This document shows, piece by piece, positions 17,037-27,631 of a stretch of 64,000 nt of DNA (positions are counted from its first letter, which is position 1; every line of letters begins with the position of its first letter). This stretch comes from an uncultured Spirochaetota bacterium (lineage in GTDB: Bacteria; Spirochaetota; UBA4802; UBA5550), in contig CALMRZ010000065.1 in assembly GCA_937872225.1 (NCBI GenBank), positions 7,007-71,006 of the forward strand, given 5' to 3'. Under the pieces are notes generated by a model that made no database searches, was not told the origin of the DNA, and saw nothing but the letters and a program-made list of their open reading frames with translations. Position numbers and translations under genes: made by a program.

Positions 17037-17765
17037 TCATTCATCATCCTGCATGTTCCTTGATTTTTCCGTGAACCGGTACAGGACACCCACCGTGGCA
17101 TATCCCTCGTATCCCGTCGCTGACGCCTTGCCGTCGCCGACCTCGTGAGACGATCCGTACACCGACGTGGAGAGGTGGAAGCCGCCCTCGAAAGAAAGGC
17201 GCAGATTGGGGTATACCTCATAATCCACTCCCAATGCCAGGCCCGTTCCGATGGGAAGTATCCTATATCTCCTTTTTCTGTAAACAGGGACATTGGTGGC
17301 AATAAAATCGCTGTACAGAAACATGCTGCTGGATGAATCCTTGCCCCAGATATAGAAGAGGTTCAGCTGGGGCCCGAACCAGACGAAGAAATCATCGGTC
17401 CTGAACGGCACATAGGAGAAGGTATTGACCAGGGAAAAGCGGGCTATGTCAAACCGTTTGGCAATAAACGCTTCCAAGCCCAGGTTCTGCCTCAGCATGA
17501 ACCGTCCGTCAAGAAATTCACCGGTCCACACCAGTCCGCCGCCAGCCATCACCGCGGTGCTCATTGAAGGCGGTGTCCGCGTGACAAAAATATAAGTCGA
17601 TGACCGGGACACGCTCCAGGTGTAGCCGCCGGCCTCTGTTGAAATATAGGCGCCGGCGCAATAGGTGTTGGCCAGGGAAGCTGCCGGACGCAGCATGACA
17701 CACCCGATAGCGATGAACGCCGTCAAACATATCGCGCCTGACAGATGGGTCTTCAATGGATTCAT
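17037..17765 (-). CDS. Outer-membrane beta-barrel protein (start taken at MNPLKTHLSGAICLTAFIAIG signal peptide)
   Basis: Signal peptide, alternating aromatic/Gly beta-strand pattern, and a C-terminal ...VGVLYRF. The longer ORF-track start at 17840 is rejected. Confidence 0.55.
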   Translation of the reverse strand: MNPLKTHLSGAICLTAFIAIGCVMLRPAASLANTYCAGAYISTEAGGYTWSVSRSSTYIFVTRTPPSMSTAVMAGGGLVWTGEFLDGRFMLRQNLGLEAFIAKRFDIARFSLVNTFSYVPFRTDDFFVWFGPQLNLFYIWGKDSSSSMFLYSDFIATNVPVYRKRRYRILPIGTGLALGVDYEVYPNLRLSFEGGFHLSTSVYGSSHEVGDGKASATGYEGYATVGVLYRFTEKSRNMQDDE

Positions 17766-18029
17766 GGTTTTACTCCTCATCGTGGTTCCCGGTTCCGACG
17801 CCGAGGTTCTTACCCGGCGCATCGTGCATGGTGCCTGCATGAAAAAGCATTCATTCGGGCAACATGGACAAGTATGAAAAAAAACAGTCTATCCGGTGTC
17901 CCGCAATCAACAGATACCATCCCGGTCAGATGTCCAGCGCTTTTCTCATGGCATTCATTGTACCCGGAGCGTTCAATTCCCGGATCAGGGAAATATCTTT
18001 TCCCGGTTCGTCGCATCACGAAAACATTT

Positions 18030-19517
18030 TCATTGGGACAGGGTCACCCAAGCCTTCCCCGTGCCGGAGCCGGTGCAGGACAATAATTGTCCCGAGACGG
18101 CACAGCTGCCGCCCGGTATGCTGTGTGAAAGCGTTTTATCATTTTTATAGTCTTCCGGTAAATAAATCTCTGTCGCGGCGTCGGGCAGCGTTGTGGTCCA
18201 TGTCAGGGTAAACCCGGCATCTGTAAGGGTAAAGATCCCCGGCGTGCCCGCAATTTTCTGCGGATAGGGCCGCGGGGTATAATTTGCCCGCAGCCGGCCG
18301 GCATCGTCAACAATGCTGAAGTCCTCCATGTTCCATCCGTCCTTTAACGCGCTTGTCCAGCCGGGGGTATAGCACCAATGGATCCCCGACGCGAAGTGGT
18401 CATCAAGCCAGTCATACTGGGCCGCTATGTACCCGGCTACATTATCGGTTTCCGCAGGCGCGCCGAATTCGCTCAACACCAGGGGGACGCCCCAGGATCC
18501 GGCCTTGTCAAGGAGGGCATTCAGCGAATCCCCGGGATCATTGCCCCGCCAGGACTTGAAAAGGGCCACCATGCCGTCGTAGAAATGCGGGGAATAGGCG
18601 AAATTGGCGAAGGACGGCTTTGCCATGGTGTTGGACGCCATGCCGCTGGACACGATGGCCTTGGGCGGCACAAAGAGTATGGTGTTGGGGTGCCGGCCGC
18701 GGATTTTGCCGGCAACCAGCTCAAAAAACTCCTCCAGCTGATCATTGGACCCCCAGGGCTCGTTGATCAGTTCGTACCCTATGACATTGTCGTATTGGGA
18801 CATCCGGTAGGCGACGGCCTCCACCATGTCCAAATACCTGGTGCGCACGCCGTAGAGGTCCCGGTGAAAGTCCCGCCACGTTTTCTGGTGCGACAGGCTG
18901 AAAACCATCCGCAGGCCCCACGAGGAACAGGCCTCGCCGTTGTCAGGGGTCGCGTGCTTCACCGCCGGCGTAACCGCCCATTCCGGAAAACCCTCGCCGC
19001 AGCCGCCGATGGAATAGCGTGAATAGGCATCCTGGTGGAAGTCCACCAGCACATACAGGCCCCGTTCCCTGGCCCAGCTAACGATCCGCTCGTAATAATC
19101 CAGGTAGTCTTCGTCATAGGCGCACCGTGTCGACTCCAATGCTTCCCAGGTGAAGAGGAGCCTGATCGTGTTGAATCCCCAGCCGGGAAGCGGGTCAAGC
19201 ATGTCGCCGCTGGCAATGGGCATGAAGTCCGGGACCTTCGAATTTCCGGAGACATTGATGCCGCGCAGGATGACTATCCTTCCATGGCTGTCTTTGAAAT
19301 AATTCCCGTCAACGACGAGTGGGGCCGCGGCGGGCGCAGGCGGATCATAGGCGACCGCAGGGCACGGTTCCGGCACCGGGGCGACAGGGGTTCTATCAGC
19401 CTCGAACAACAAAAGCGCGGTTTCAGTCAACGATTTTGAATCCTCCTTGTTGTCGGTATCGCATGAAACAGCAAGAGAGACAATAGCGACCATGATCATT
19501 GTAGCAATTTTTTTCAT
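18030..19517 (-). CDS. Glycoside hydrolase family 5 lipoprotein (endoglycoceramidase/cellulase-like)
   Basis: Lipobox in MKKIATMIMVAIVSLAVSC. GH5 acid/base LINEPW and nucleophile LSEFG. A proline-rich linker follows the signal peptide. Confidence 0.75.
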   Translation of the reverse strand: MKKIATMIMVAIVSLAVSCDTDNKEDSKSLTETALLLFEADRTPVAPVPEPCPAVAYDPPAPAAAPLVVDGNYFKDSHGRIVILRGINVSGNSKVPDFMPIASGDMLDPLPGWGFNTIRLLFTWEALESTRCAYDEDYLDYYERIVSWARERGLYVLVDFHQDAYSRYSIGGCGEGFPEWAVTPAVKHATPDNGEACSSWGLRMVFSLSHQKTWRDFHRDLYGVRTRYLDMVEAVAYRMSQYDNVIGYELINEPWGSNDQLEEFFELVAGKIRGRHPNTILFVPPKAIVSSGMASNTMAKPSFANFAYSPHFYDGMVALFKSWRGNDPGDSLNALLDKAGSWGVPLVLSEFGAPAETDNVAGYIAAQYDWLDDHFASGIHWCYTPGWTSALKDGWNMEDFSIVDDAGRLRANYTPRPYPQKIAGTPGIFTLTDAGFTLTWTTTLPDAATEIYLPEDYKNDKTLSHSIPGGSCAVSGQLLSCTGSGTGKAWVTLSQ

Positions 19518-19715
19518 TACCCGGCGTCTCCGATTACTGGTATTGCAGGCACGATGCATGAACACCTGTTCTTGACAGTGGGAGATAATGACCACCGTGT
19601 TCAATATGGCAAGTGCTTTTTGCAGGACCATGACGTCAAATAGGCATTATAATGAAGCGGTATTGACCCGGCGTAAAAAATGCTTGATGCCACCCCCCCT
19701 TAAAAATCATAATGC

Positions 19716-21221
19716 ATGATATTCTTTATGACAAGCGGGCTTCCCATGAACCAGAAAGAACAATACCGGGCCTTGTTCGAACCACGGTCGATAGCATTCA
19801 TCGGCGCGTCAACCGCGGTGACCAAGTGGGGGTTCAACATCCTTCACCACCTCTACAGGGGGGGGTTCGACGGCGTTATTTATCCGGTCAATCCCCAGGG
19901 AGGGACCTGGTTCGGCAGGGAAATGTATAAAAGCCTTGCCGTTGTCCCCCGCCCCGTCGACCTGGCCGTGATCGTCGTGCCCAAGGAACTGGTGCCCGGG
20001 ACGATGCGGGATTGCGCCGCCGCGGGCATACGGGCCGCGGTGGTCATCACCGCCGGTTTCAGCGAGACCGGTCCGGAGGGCGCAGCGCTGGAACAGGAGA
20101 TGCTTGCCATCGCCGGCGAAAACGGCATCCGCGTCGTGGGGCCCAATACCATGGGCGTCTTCAGCGCCTATCCCTCTCCCGTGCAGTCCGTCATGATGTC
20201 GACGAAGATCAGGCAGGGCGGCGTCGCCATTGTATCCCAGAGCGGCAACCTGGGGACCTCCATGACGTACCGTTTGAACCGCCGCGAGATCGGCATAAGC
20301 CGCCTTATCAGCTCCGGCAACGAGGCTGACCTGAAGATCGAGGATTACCTGGAGTACCTTGAAACTGACGATAAAACGAGGATCATATGCCTCTACGTTG
20401 AGGGGTTGCGGCAGGGACGCCGGTTCCTGGATACAGCCCGCCGGGTCGCCCTCAAAAAGCCAATCATCCTCCTCAAGGGCGGCACCGGGACCATCGGCGC
20501 AGGCGCGGCCATGTCCCACACCGGCGCGCTGGCGGGAAGTTACGCCGTGTTTCACGCCATGTGCAGCCAGGCCAATATCATCCTGGCCGATACCCTTGAC
20601 GAAGTGGCCGACGTGGCGGGCCTCCTGCTCTCCCAGCCGGAGTTTATCGGCAAGCGGATCGGCATCGTGACCCAGGGCGGCGGCTGGGGCGTCATATCGG
20701 CCGACCTGTGCGAGAAGGCGGGCCTTGAGGTCCCTCCCATAGATGAACGCGTCGTGTCGGAGCTTGACGCGATCCTGCCCCCCTTCTGGAGCAGGCGCAA
20801 CCCCATCGACCTCGTCGCGCCGGGGAAAATATCCATGATCACGGATTCCATCGCCGCTCTGCTGGAGCACGGGGACATGGACGCCATACTGCTCCTGGGG
20901 CTCGGGTACATGACCGCCCGGGCGCGGCGCTGGCTCGATTCGCCGATCCTTCCCGTCGAGGCCATGGAACAGCCCGCGCGCAAGATGATCGACGGCGAGA
21001 TGGAGCTCCTTGACCTCGTGGTGAAGCAGATACGGAATTTTAAAAAGCCGATAATCCCGGTCATTGACCTGGTGGCCTTCGACGAACCGGCGGCGTGCAA
21101 CATTGTCAGGCACCTGGACAGCGAGGGGATCATGGCCTACTCTTCACCGGAACAGGCCATCGGCGCCATTGCCAGGGCGCAGGACTATTTCAGGAAAAGA
21201 CGCGCCCGTGCAGACCGCTAG
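19716..21221 (+). CDS. Acyl-CoA synthetase (NDP-forming) / CoA-binding domain protein (acetate-CoA ligase alpha-like); start possibly at 19746
   Basis: CoA-binding N-terminus (SIAFIGAS...GFDGVIYPVNP) followed by a succinyl-CoA-synthetase-like ligase region. Confidence 0.65.
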   Translation: MIFFMTSGLPMNQKEQYRALFEPRSIAFIGASTAVTKWGFNILHHLYRGGFDGVIYPVNPQGGTWFGREMYKSLAVVPRPVDLAVIVVPKELVPGTMRDCAAAGIRAAVVITAGFSETGPEGAALEQEMLAIAGENGIRVVGPNTMGVFSAYPSPVQSVMMSTKIRQGGVAIVSQSGNLGTSMTYRLNRREIGISRLISSGNEADLKIEDYLEYLETDDKTRIICLYVEGLRQGRRFLDTARRVALKKPIILLKGGTGTIGAGAAMSHTGALAGSYAVFHAMCSQANIILADTLDEVADVAGLLLSQPEFIGKRIGIVTQGGGWGVISADLCEKAGLEVPPIDERVVSELDAILPPFWSRRNPIDLVAPGKISMITDSIAALLEHGDMDAILLLGLGYMTARARRWLDSPILPVEAMEQPARKMIDGEMELLDLVVKQIRNFKKPIIPVIDLVAFDEPAACNIVRHLDSEGIMAYSSPEQAIGAIARAQDYFRKRRARADR

Positions 21222-21288
21222 GCGGCGCCCGGGATTATCCGCTGGATTAACAAGTCGGGATGCACGACAGGAGGCCGCTGCGGGCCCC

Positions 21289-23118
21289 TCATTCTTCCGA
21301 ATAGAGGCGGTCGATATCCTCCTGGTACCGCTTCAGAACTTCCTTCCGCTTGAGCTTGAAGGTCTGGGTCAGGAGACCGTTCTGGAGTGTGAACCCCTCG
21401 GCGAGCACCAGGACCTTTTTCGGGATCTCGTAGGAGCCGAACTTCCCCTTGAGGTGCGATGTTATTTCCCGGGTAAAATATTCATGCACCGCTTTCACCT
21501 TCACCATTTCCGCCGGGTCCGCGGGCCAGCCGTTCTTCTCCGCGATCGGCTTCAGCACGTTCAGATCGGGAAACACGAGGCATATGGTATAGGGCTTGTT
21601 GAGGCCGTATATCATCGTCTGCTCGACGATCGGCAGCAGGGTGATTTCCTCCTGCATGGCCACCGGGAAAACGAACTTGCCGTTTTCAAGCTTGAACTGC
21701 TCCTTGATCCTGCCGGTGATATAGAGGAACCCGTCCTCGTCAACGAAGGCACGGTCGCCGGTGCGGAGGCCGCCGTCTTCGGTCATGGCGGCCCGGGTCT
21801 CCTCAGGCTTGTTGTGGTACCCCTTCATGACGTTGGGGCCGTATATGACAAGCTCCCCTTCCTTGCCGTGGGGATCGTCTTCGATGACGCTCCGGTCGAT
21901 ATGCAGCGTCACCTTGTCGATGGCCCTGCCGCAGCTTCCGATCTTGTACGCCTCCGGGCTGTTCATCGAACCCGCCGGGGAAATTTCCGTCATCCCCCAG
22001 GCCTCATATATGGGAATGCCCAAGTCGAAGAAGAACTCGCAGATGACCGGGCTCAGGGCCGCGCTCGAACTCACGCACTGGGACAGCTGGCCCCCGAAAC
22101 GCTCGCGGATTTTTGAAAACACCACTTTATCGGCAATCCTGAATTTTAGTTCGGTGAGGGCGCTCGTTTTCCCCTCCTTGAGGAGTTCCCTGCGGTGACG
22201 GCCGGCTTCGACCCCCATGTCGAAGAGCTTTTTGGCGAGGCCGCCGGTCTCGTTCATGCGCGCGCACAGGCCGTCATAGATGCGGTTGAACACGCGCGGT
22301 ACCGCGACCAGGAAATTCGGCTTCACCACGGCAATATCGTCCACGATGGTCTGCGGGCTTTCGGCGAACCCCGTCGAGCCGCCCAGACGCATGACGACAT
22401 TCAACTCGCCGGTCTGGCCGTAGGAATGGGCCCAGGGCAGAAACGAGAGCGTCCTCACGGTATCGTCAAGCTGATTGAGCGTTTTGATGACGGCATGGAC
22501 GTTGCTGGAAAAATTCCCGTGCGTGAGGAGCACGCCTTTGGGGTCCCCGGTGGTCCCGGAGGTGTAAATAAGGCCGGCCACGTCGTCAGGCTTGGGATAC
22601 CTGGCCTTGACCGGCGAGGCCTCGCCGGTTTTTTCGAGGCCTGCCATGGTCCCCGGGCCCGTTCCTTCGATCCGGATCACGTACTTGAGGCCCTTCACCT
22701 CGCCGGGCCAATCCTTGACCTTGTCGTATATTTCTTCGCCCGAAACAAACAGGACCTTCACCCCGCTGTCTTCCACGATATACTTCCATATCTTCGGCAG
22801 CTCGACCTTGTACATGGGGACATACCGGGCGCAGAGTCCGTAGGCGGCGAAACAGGCCGTGGCCCAGGCCACGCTGTTGTTGTCGATTATGCCCACGGCA
22901 TCGCCCTCTCCAACGCCAAGGGAGGCGAGGCCCGCCCGAAGATTGTCGACCCGCTTCGCGACCTGCCGGTAGGTGACCCATTCGTACACCTTGTCGCTGT
23001 TCTTGGTCCCCATCCACTCCTTGTCCCCGAATTTCGCGACCGATTCTTCGAACATTTCCACCAGGTTGTCAGGCTTATCAAGGACATAGGTAAATCTAGG
23101 TTTCGCTGTTTCCGCCAT
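21289..23118 (-). CDS. Long-chain-fatty-acid--CoA ligase (AMP-dependent synthetase/ligase)
   Basis: AMP-binding motif IYTSGTTGDPKGV, a later YGMTE-like WGMTE, and 609 aa. Confidence 0.85.
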   Translation of the reverse strand: MAETAKPRFTYVLDKPDNLVEMFEESVAKFGDKEWMGTKNSDKVYEWVTYRQVAKRVDNLRAGLASLGVGEGDAVGIIDNNSVAWATACFAAYGLCARYVPMYKVELPKIWKYIVEDSGVKVLFVSGEEIYDKVKDWPGEVKGLKYVIRIEGTGPGTMAGLEKTGEASPVKARYPKPDDVAGLIYTSGTTGDPKGVLLTHGNFSSNVHAVIKTLNQLDDTVRTLSFLPWAHSYGQTGELNVVMRLGGSTGFAESPQTIVDDIAVVKPNFLVAVPRVFNRIYDGLCARMNETGGLAKKLFDMGVEAGRHRRELLKEGKTSALTELKFRIADKVVFSKIRERFGGQLSQCVSSSAALSPVICEFFFDLGIPIYEAWGMTEISPAGSMNSPEAYKIGSCGRAIDKVTLHIDRSVIEDDPHGKEGELVIYGPNVMKGYHNKPEETRAAMTEDGGLRTGDRAFVDEDGFLYITGRIKEQFKLENGKFVFPVAMQEEITLLPIVEQTMIYGLNKPYTICLVFPDLNVLKPIAEKNGWPADPAEMVKVKAVHEYFTREITSHLKGKFGSYEIPKKVLVLAEGFTLQNGLLTQTFKLKRKEVLKRYQEDIDRLYSEE

Positions 23119-23444
23119 GCGTGTATTCCCCGTTATAATGTGATGATGACACGATCCATGTGGCTATACCTTTCCCCATCAATGACGGATGCGTCGCAGA
23201 CTGGATCGGATCATGCCGATGTGAATGTCAACAATTGTTTAGAAAGCCCCGGATTTATCAACCAAAAAACATATTGGGCCGATTTCCCCTGCAAAAAACC
23301 ATGGCGTGACGCCAGGTCCGATCCGGACTTGACTGGAGGGTCCCCTGGCCAAAACTTGTTGACCAGCCGGGCCCTTCATGGTACAATAAATCGTTCCGTC
23401 ATTTCAGGCCCTTTCCATGCCGGGCAGAAAGAGACGAGGTATTC

Positions 23445-25028
23445 ATGAAACGGTATTCATCCATTGCGTCAGCGCTCCTACTTGCCGCCATGGGCGCCAT
23501 CTTTTTCATTTCAACTCCGAATCACGCCGGCGACGGTCGTGTCCGCGGTTTTGCCGACCTGCACCTCCACCAGATGGCTGAATACGCCTATGCCGGCGCC
23601 TGGTTCCACGGGAGCCACCGGGGGCCTGAAAGCGAGGCACTCAAAAAATGCTCCGGCGGCGACATCCTGAGCGGCGACCACGCCCGCACCAGGTACGGCG
23701 TGTTGAACGAGTTCCTGGGCATGGTTGCCGGCACCGACGGAGACACGGGATGGCATTTCCATAAAAGAAACGGGTATCCGTCCTATTCAGGCTGGCCGCG
23801 GTGGAACACCATCGCGCACCAGCAGGTATGGGAAGGGCACCTCAAGCAGGCCCATGAAAACGGCCTGTCGCTGTATGTCATGTCCGCCGTCGACTTCACT
23901 CCGCTCTGCGCCTGCATGCCGAAAAAGAACATGAAGCCCGGCCTGAAATGCAACGAGATGTCCAGTGTTGACGTCCAGCTCCAGGCGGCAATCGATTTTG
24001 CCGCCGACAGGGACTGGGTGAAAATTGCCCGTACGCCGGAAGAAGCGCGGAGCATCATCAATTCCGGCAAACTGGCCATGGTCCTCGCCATCGAGGTGAC
24101 CGGCCTCTTCAACAATGACGACTGGCGGGAACGGCTTGATTACTACTACCGCCACTATCATGTCCGGTCGATACAGTTCGCGCACCAGCTCGACAACCGG
24201 TTCACCGGCGTGGCGCCTCACCATTTCATCTTCAAATTCTTCAAGATCATCGAGGATATCGGCGAAGGCGACATGACGCCTGGCTTCAACCTGGACGCCA
24301 GCGGCCGGAACAGGCTCGGGATGACCGCCGAGGGGAAGGACCTGGCCAGGGCCATGATGGAAAAGAACATGATCATCGACATCTCCCACATGTCCGAGCG
24401 CGCCGTCCGCGATCTGTACGCTATTGCCGCCGAGATGAATTATTACCCGCTGGTGCTTTCCCACGGCCACCTGCGCTCCATCATGACTGACAAAAAGCAG
24501 AAAGAGGAAAAGACCACGCCCGACTACATCATCCGAATGATACGAGAGACCGGCGGCATGATCGGATTGCGAACCGGCTCCGAACAGGTCAAGACCTATG
24601 GCGCATCGGGAGTGCCCAATGACTGCGACGGCTCCACGAAATCCTTCGCCCAGGCCTACCAGTACGGGACCCTCGGCCTCAAGGTGGACATCGCCTTCGC
24701 GAGCGACTTCAACGGCTTCATCCAGCAGATCCGTCCCCGCTTCGGCGGGCGGTATGAGACCTGCGGCGCATCGGGAAACCCGGCCTCCGCGGACAGGCAG
24801 CGGAAACTGCAGACCGGGCGCGTCGGCACGCCCCTTGATTACCAGGGGTTCGGCCATATCGGCCTCGAAGGGGACATCATCCGCGAATTGAAAAATTTCG
24901 GCGTAGACACTCATGGCCTTGAGAATTCGGCCGAAGCCTTCCTGAAGGTCTGGGAGCGGTGCCATGACAGGGACAGGACCGGTCCCTTCGACACCGGCGA
25001 CATGGACACGGGCGGCATAACTGAATGA
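23445..25028 (+). CDS. Secreted membrane-dipeptidase (peptidase M19)-like metallohydrolase
   Basis: Signal peptide. ADLHLH, VLAIEVTG, IIDISHMSE and LVLSHGH correspond to the M19 metal-ligand motifs (DGHNDL, lEGg, DvSHvS, SHSS). Confidence 0.6.
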   Translation: MKRYSSIASALLLAAMGAIFFISTPNHAGDGRVRGFADLHLHQMAEYAYAGAWFHGSHRGPESEALKKCSGGDILSGDHARTRYGVLNEFLGMVAGTDGDTGWHFHKRNGYPSYSGWPRWNTIAHQQVWEGHLKQAHENGLSLYVMSAVDFTPLCACMPKKNMKPGLKCNEMSSVDVQLQAAIDFAADRDWVKIARTPEEARSIINSGKLAMVLAIEVTGLFNNDDWRERLDYYYRHYHVRSIQFAHQLDNRFTGVAPHHFIFKFFKIIEDIGEGDMTPGFNLDASGRNRLGMTAEGKDLARAMMEKNMIIDISHMSERAVRDLYAIAAEMNYYPLVLSHGHLRSIMTDKKQKEEKTTPDYIIRMIRETGGMIGLRTGSEQVKTYGASGVPNDCDGSTKSFAQAYQYGTLGLKVDIAFASDFNGFIQQIRPRFGGRYETCGASGNPASADRQRKLQTGRVGTPLDYQGFGHIGLEGDIIRELKNFGVDTHGLENSAEAFLKVWERCHDRDRTGPFDTGDMDTGGITE

Positions 25029-25049
25029 GGGGCAATTGCCCCCGGTTCC

Positions 25050-26955
25050 TCATTCTGGGCTCCCGTCCGCGACAACACAGTCCCTGGCAAGGCGCTTTCC
25101 CCGGTACATGGCGTCATCAGCCCTGCGTATGTTGGCGTCACCGTTCATCGAATGATCGTATTCCGCCACACCGATGGTGACCGTTGTGGAAACGGGCATA
25201 CCCTTGTAATCGACCGACAGGCCGTTTATCTTTTCCCTGATCCGCTCGGCGGTCATCCGGGCGTCTTCCAGGGGCGTTTCCGCGAAAAAAAGCAGGAACT
25301 CCTCGCCGCCCCACCGCGCCACCATGTCCTCCTTCCGGATGCACTCCTTTATGGCCTGCGCGACCCCCTGCAGCACCATGTCTCCGCATTCATGTCCGCG
25401 GGTGTCGTTGATCGACTTGAAATTATCACTATCGGCCATCGCAATGGAGAAGGGCCTCCCCGTCCTGCCGGCCCAGGCGGTTTCTTCTTCGAGGCGTTCG
25501 AGGAGGTGCCGCCGGTCGGCAGCACTTCCACGAGGTCCCGGAACCGTTTTTCGCTCCGTTCAAGCTCCCTGTTGCGCAGGGCAAGCCGCTTTTTTTCTTC
25601 GGCAAGCTCCTCCGTGCGCTCATCGACGCGGAACTCAAGGCTTCTGCTGAAAGCTTCCAGCTGGTGCGTGAGCGTTTCAGCCTGGTCGTGGGAGCGTGAG
25701 AAACGGAGCGACAGCATGTACGCCTGGTTCATGGTGAAAAGAAGGAACCCGAAGGAAGCGATGTTGGCAGTCTGGACCAGGTACATGGTGCGCAGGATGT
25801 CATTTCCCACCGTCACCAGGGCGATGATAAGGCCGGCGACGAAGATCACCGAACCGTCCCGCTTCTTCCATACCGCCCTCCCCGCAATCCAGATCATGCA
25901 AAGGCCCGAAGCCACCATGATGAAATTGGACCAGTCAATGCTGTGGTGGTAAATGCGCGCCGGCGTTACAAGCACCAGCAGTGAAAACAGGATCCCGGGA
26001 ATGACAAGAATCATTCTGAGCGTCCGGGGGCTTTCTTCAGGGAATATGTCGAAGAGATATAAAAAGGAAGAGAGGCACCGTGGCATAGATGGTGAGTATA
26101 TCGGCCTTGAAAAAATACTCATGGGGGACGGAGGGAAAGGAAGCGCTGAGGATCCGCTCCCCGACCAGGATGCCGCGTATCCCCAGGATGATGCAGAAAA
26201 TGCCGAAATAGATTGTCGATTTTTCGCGCCGCCGGATAAAAAAAGAATCCGATATGATAGAGGCCTATGACGACCAGCCCTCCCAGCATGAAGTAATCCA
26301 GGAAAAGCTTCGTCTCCCACGAGGTATGGAGGGCCGTTTCCGGGCCCAGCGTTATTGACCTGGACAGCCCCCCGCCCTTGTAAACGTAATTGGAGACCTC
26401 GACCAGCAGTTCCAGGGTCTTTCCCCGTACCGGGATGGAATAGATGCGCGGTTCAAAACGCCAGTCAGACAACTTGGGGTCGGAGCTCACGACGCCGACA
26501 GAGCCGACCGGCATGCCGTCCGCGTAAAGATTATACGCCGTTTCGACATCTGGAATCCGGATTGCCAGGCTGTCGCTCGTTTCCGGCAGAATTACCTTCA
26601 GGCGGCATGTCCCGTAACCATGTGGGCCAAGTTTTGCCCCGGCGATCCTTGACGCGCTCCATGTTCCGGGGACGACAAGATATGCCGCGGGGGCATCAGT
26701 CGCAATTGCGCCGTGGAGCATTTACCAGTGGAATTCCCACTCGCCGTCGAGACAGACCGGCCCCTTTGTCTCAAAGTCCCAGTTGCTCAGTTCAAGCACA
26801 CCGAGCCTGGCTTTTGGCGGTGATGGACTGGAATTCAAGGGAGGAGGCGAACAGGCTGGAACCATCAAAAGCAACACCATGAGACCGGTTAACAGGGGCC
26901 CGATCATGGCGCGGCTATGCCGAAAACCCGGATCATTCATGGTGTCACTATTCAC
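25050..26955 (-). pseudogene. 7TMR-DISMED2 / 7TM receptor / GGDEF diguanylate cyclase gene broken by an in-frame TAA (26722-26724) and at least two frameshifts (near 26119-26320 and near 25440-25460)
   Basis: ORF 26722-26955 (LELSNWDF..GEWEFHW*) continues in frame into ORF 26119-26721 (DISMED2). The 7TM segment is in ORF 25349-26320. The GGDEF domain (RRHLLE..AWAGRTGRPFSIAMADSDNFKSINDTRGH...RWGGEEF) is in another frame (25050-25439), and reading upstream of its M gives the canonical cyclase sequence. Confidence 0.6.
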
Positions 26956-27181
26956 ATAACATATGACATGACTGCAACCCTATAATAGAGATACGATAAT
27001 AAAAGAAACCGATCAAGCTTTTTTTTATTAATAAAGCAGGAACGGTAAATCCGTCAAGCCCGCGTTATATTATTCTAATTTTTTTGCCGTTGATTGCCGA
27101 AAATCTAATGAATTTTTTTGTTTCGGTCAACCGGGCAGTACCACGTATTACGAATGGGAATCTGTCACTGGGACTTACAGC

Positions 27182-27610
27182 ATGAAAAGCGGAAAAAATC
27201 ACTCATCGACATTCAAAAAGGTCATCCAAAGCGATAAAGATGAAGCCAGGAAACTTATCATGGAAGCGCTTTCATTCCTGAACGACCTGCAGGAGTCGGG
27301 CCTGGCCTGCGAGATATCCGAATTCAACTTCAGGCTTGCCCTTGACGAAGCCATGGAAAACGCCATAAGTCACGGCAACGGCTATGATGCAGCAAAAAAG
27401 ATCCACCTGACCATACGGGGCTTTAAGAACAAGATCGACATGACCGTCGAAGACGAGGGGAATGGGTTTAAACCGGAAACCGACCCGCGGATGGAACTTC
27501 AAAAGAATTTATTCGCCTCCCACGGCAGGGGGCTCTGCCTCCTGAACACGCTGGGCTCCATACAGTGGAACAAGAAGGGAAACAGCATCAACGTTGTGCT
27601 GAAACACTGA
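27182..27610 (+). CDS. HATPase_c-type anti-sigma-factor-like Ser kinase (RsbW/SpoIIAB-like)
   Basis: N-box-like ENAISHGN and G-box VEDEGNGF. 142 aa. Confidence 0.6.
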   Translation: MKSGKNHSSTFKKVIQSDKDEARKLIMEALSFLNDLQESGLACEISEFNFRLALDEAMENAISHGNGYDAAKKIHLTIRGFKNKIDMTVEDEGNGFKPETDPRMELQKNLFASHGRGLCLLNTLGSIQWNKKGNSINVVLKH

Positions 27611-27631
27611 TGCAACGTCAGGGATGTCCCC

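Noticed and set aside
19809-21113. 434-aa minus-strand ORF, plus many other long ORFs in the GC-rich part (for example 23787-24965, 56544-57932, 36401-37429, 25152-25952, 18378-19022)
   Set aside because: These are antisense to genes with clear domain architecture. The translations are Arg/Ala/Gly/Pro-rich low-complexity, typical of open antisense frames in high-GC DNA. No motifs.
7185-26724. In-frame TAG and TAA codons (mqsR, OMP fragment, DISMED2 gene) as evidence of stop-codon reassignment or pyrrolysine
   Set aside because: TAG is used as a genuine terminator (the PLD-SNF2 gene ends ...LHPR-TAG). Both TAG and TAA are involved. In mqsR the TAG replaces a conserved Trp (a single G-to-A change). 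Pseudogene or sequencing error is the simpler reading. Only the TGA in the peroxiredoxin has the context (active-site Cys position plus hairpin) for recoding.
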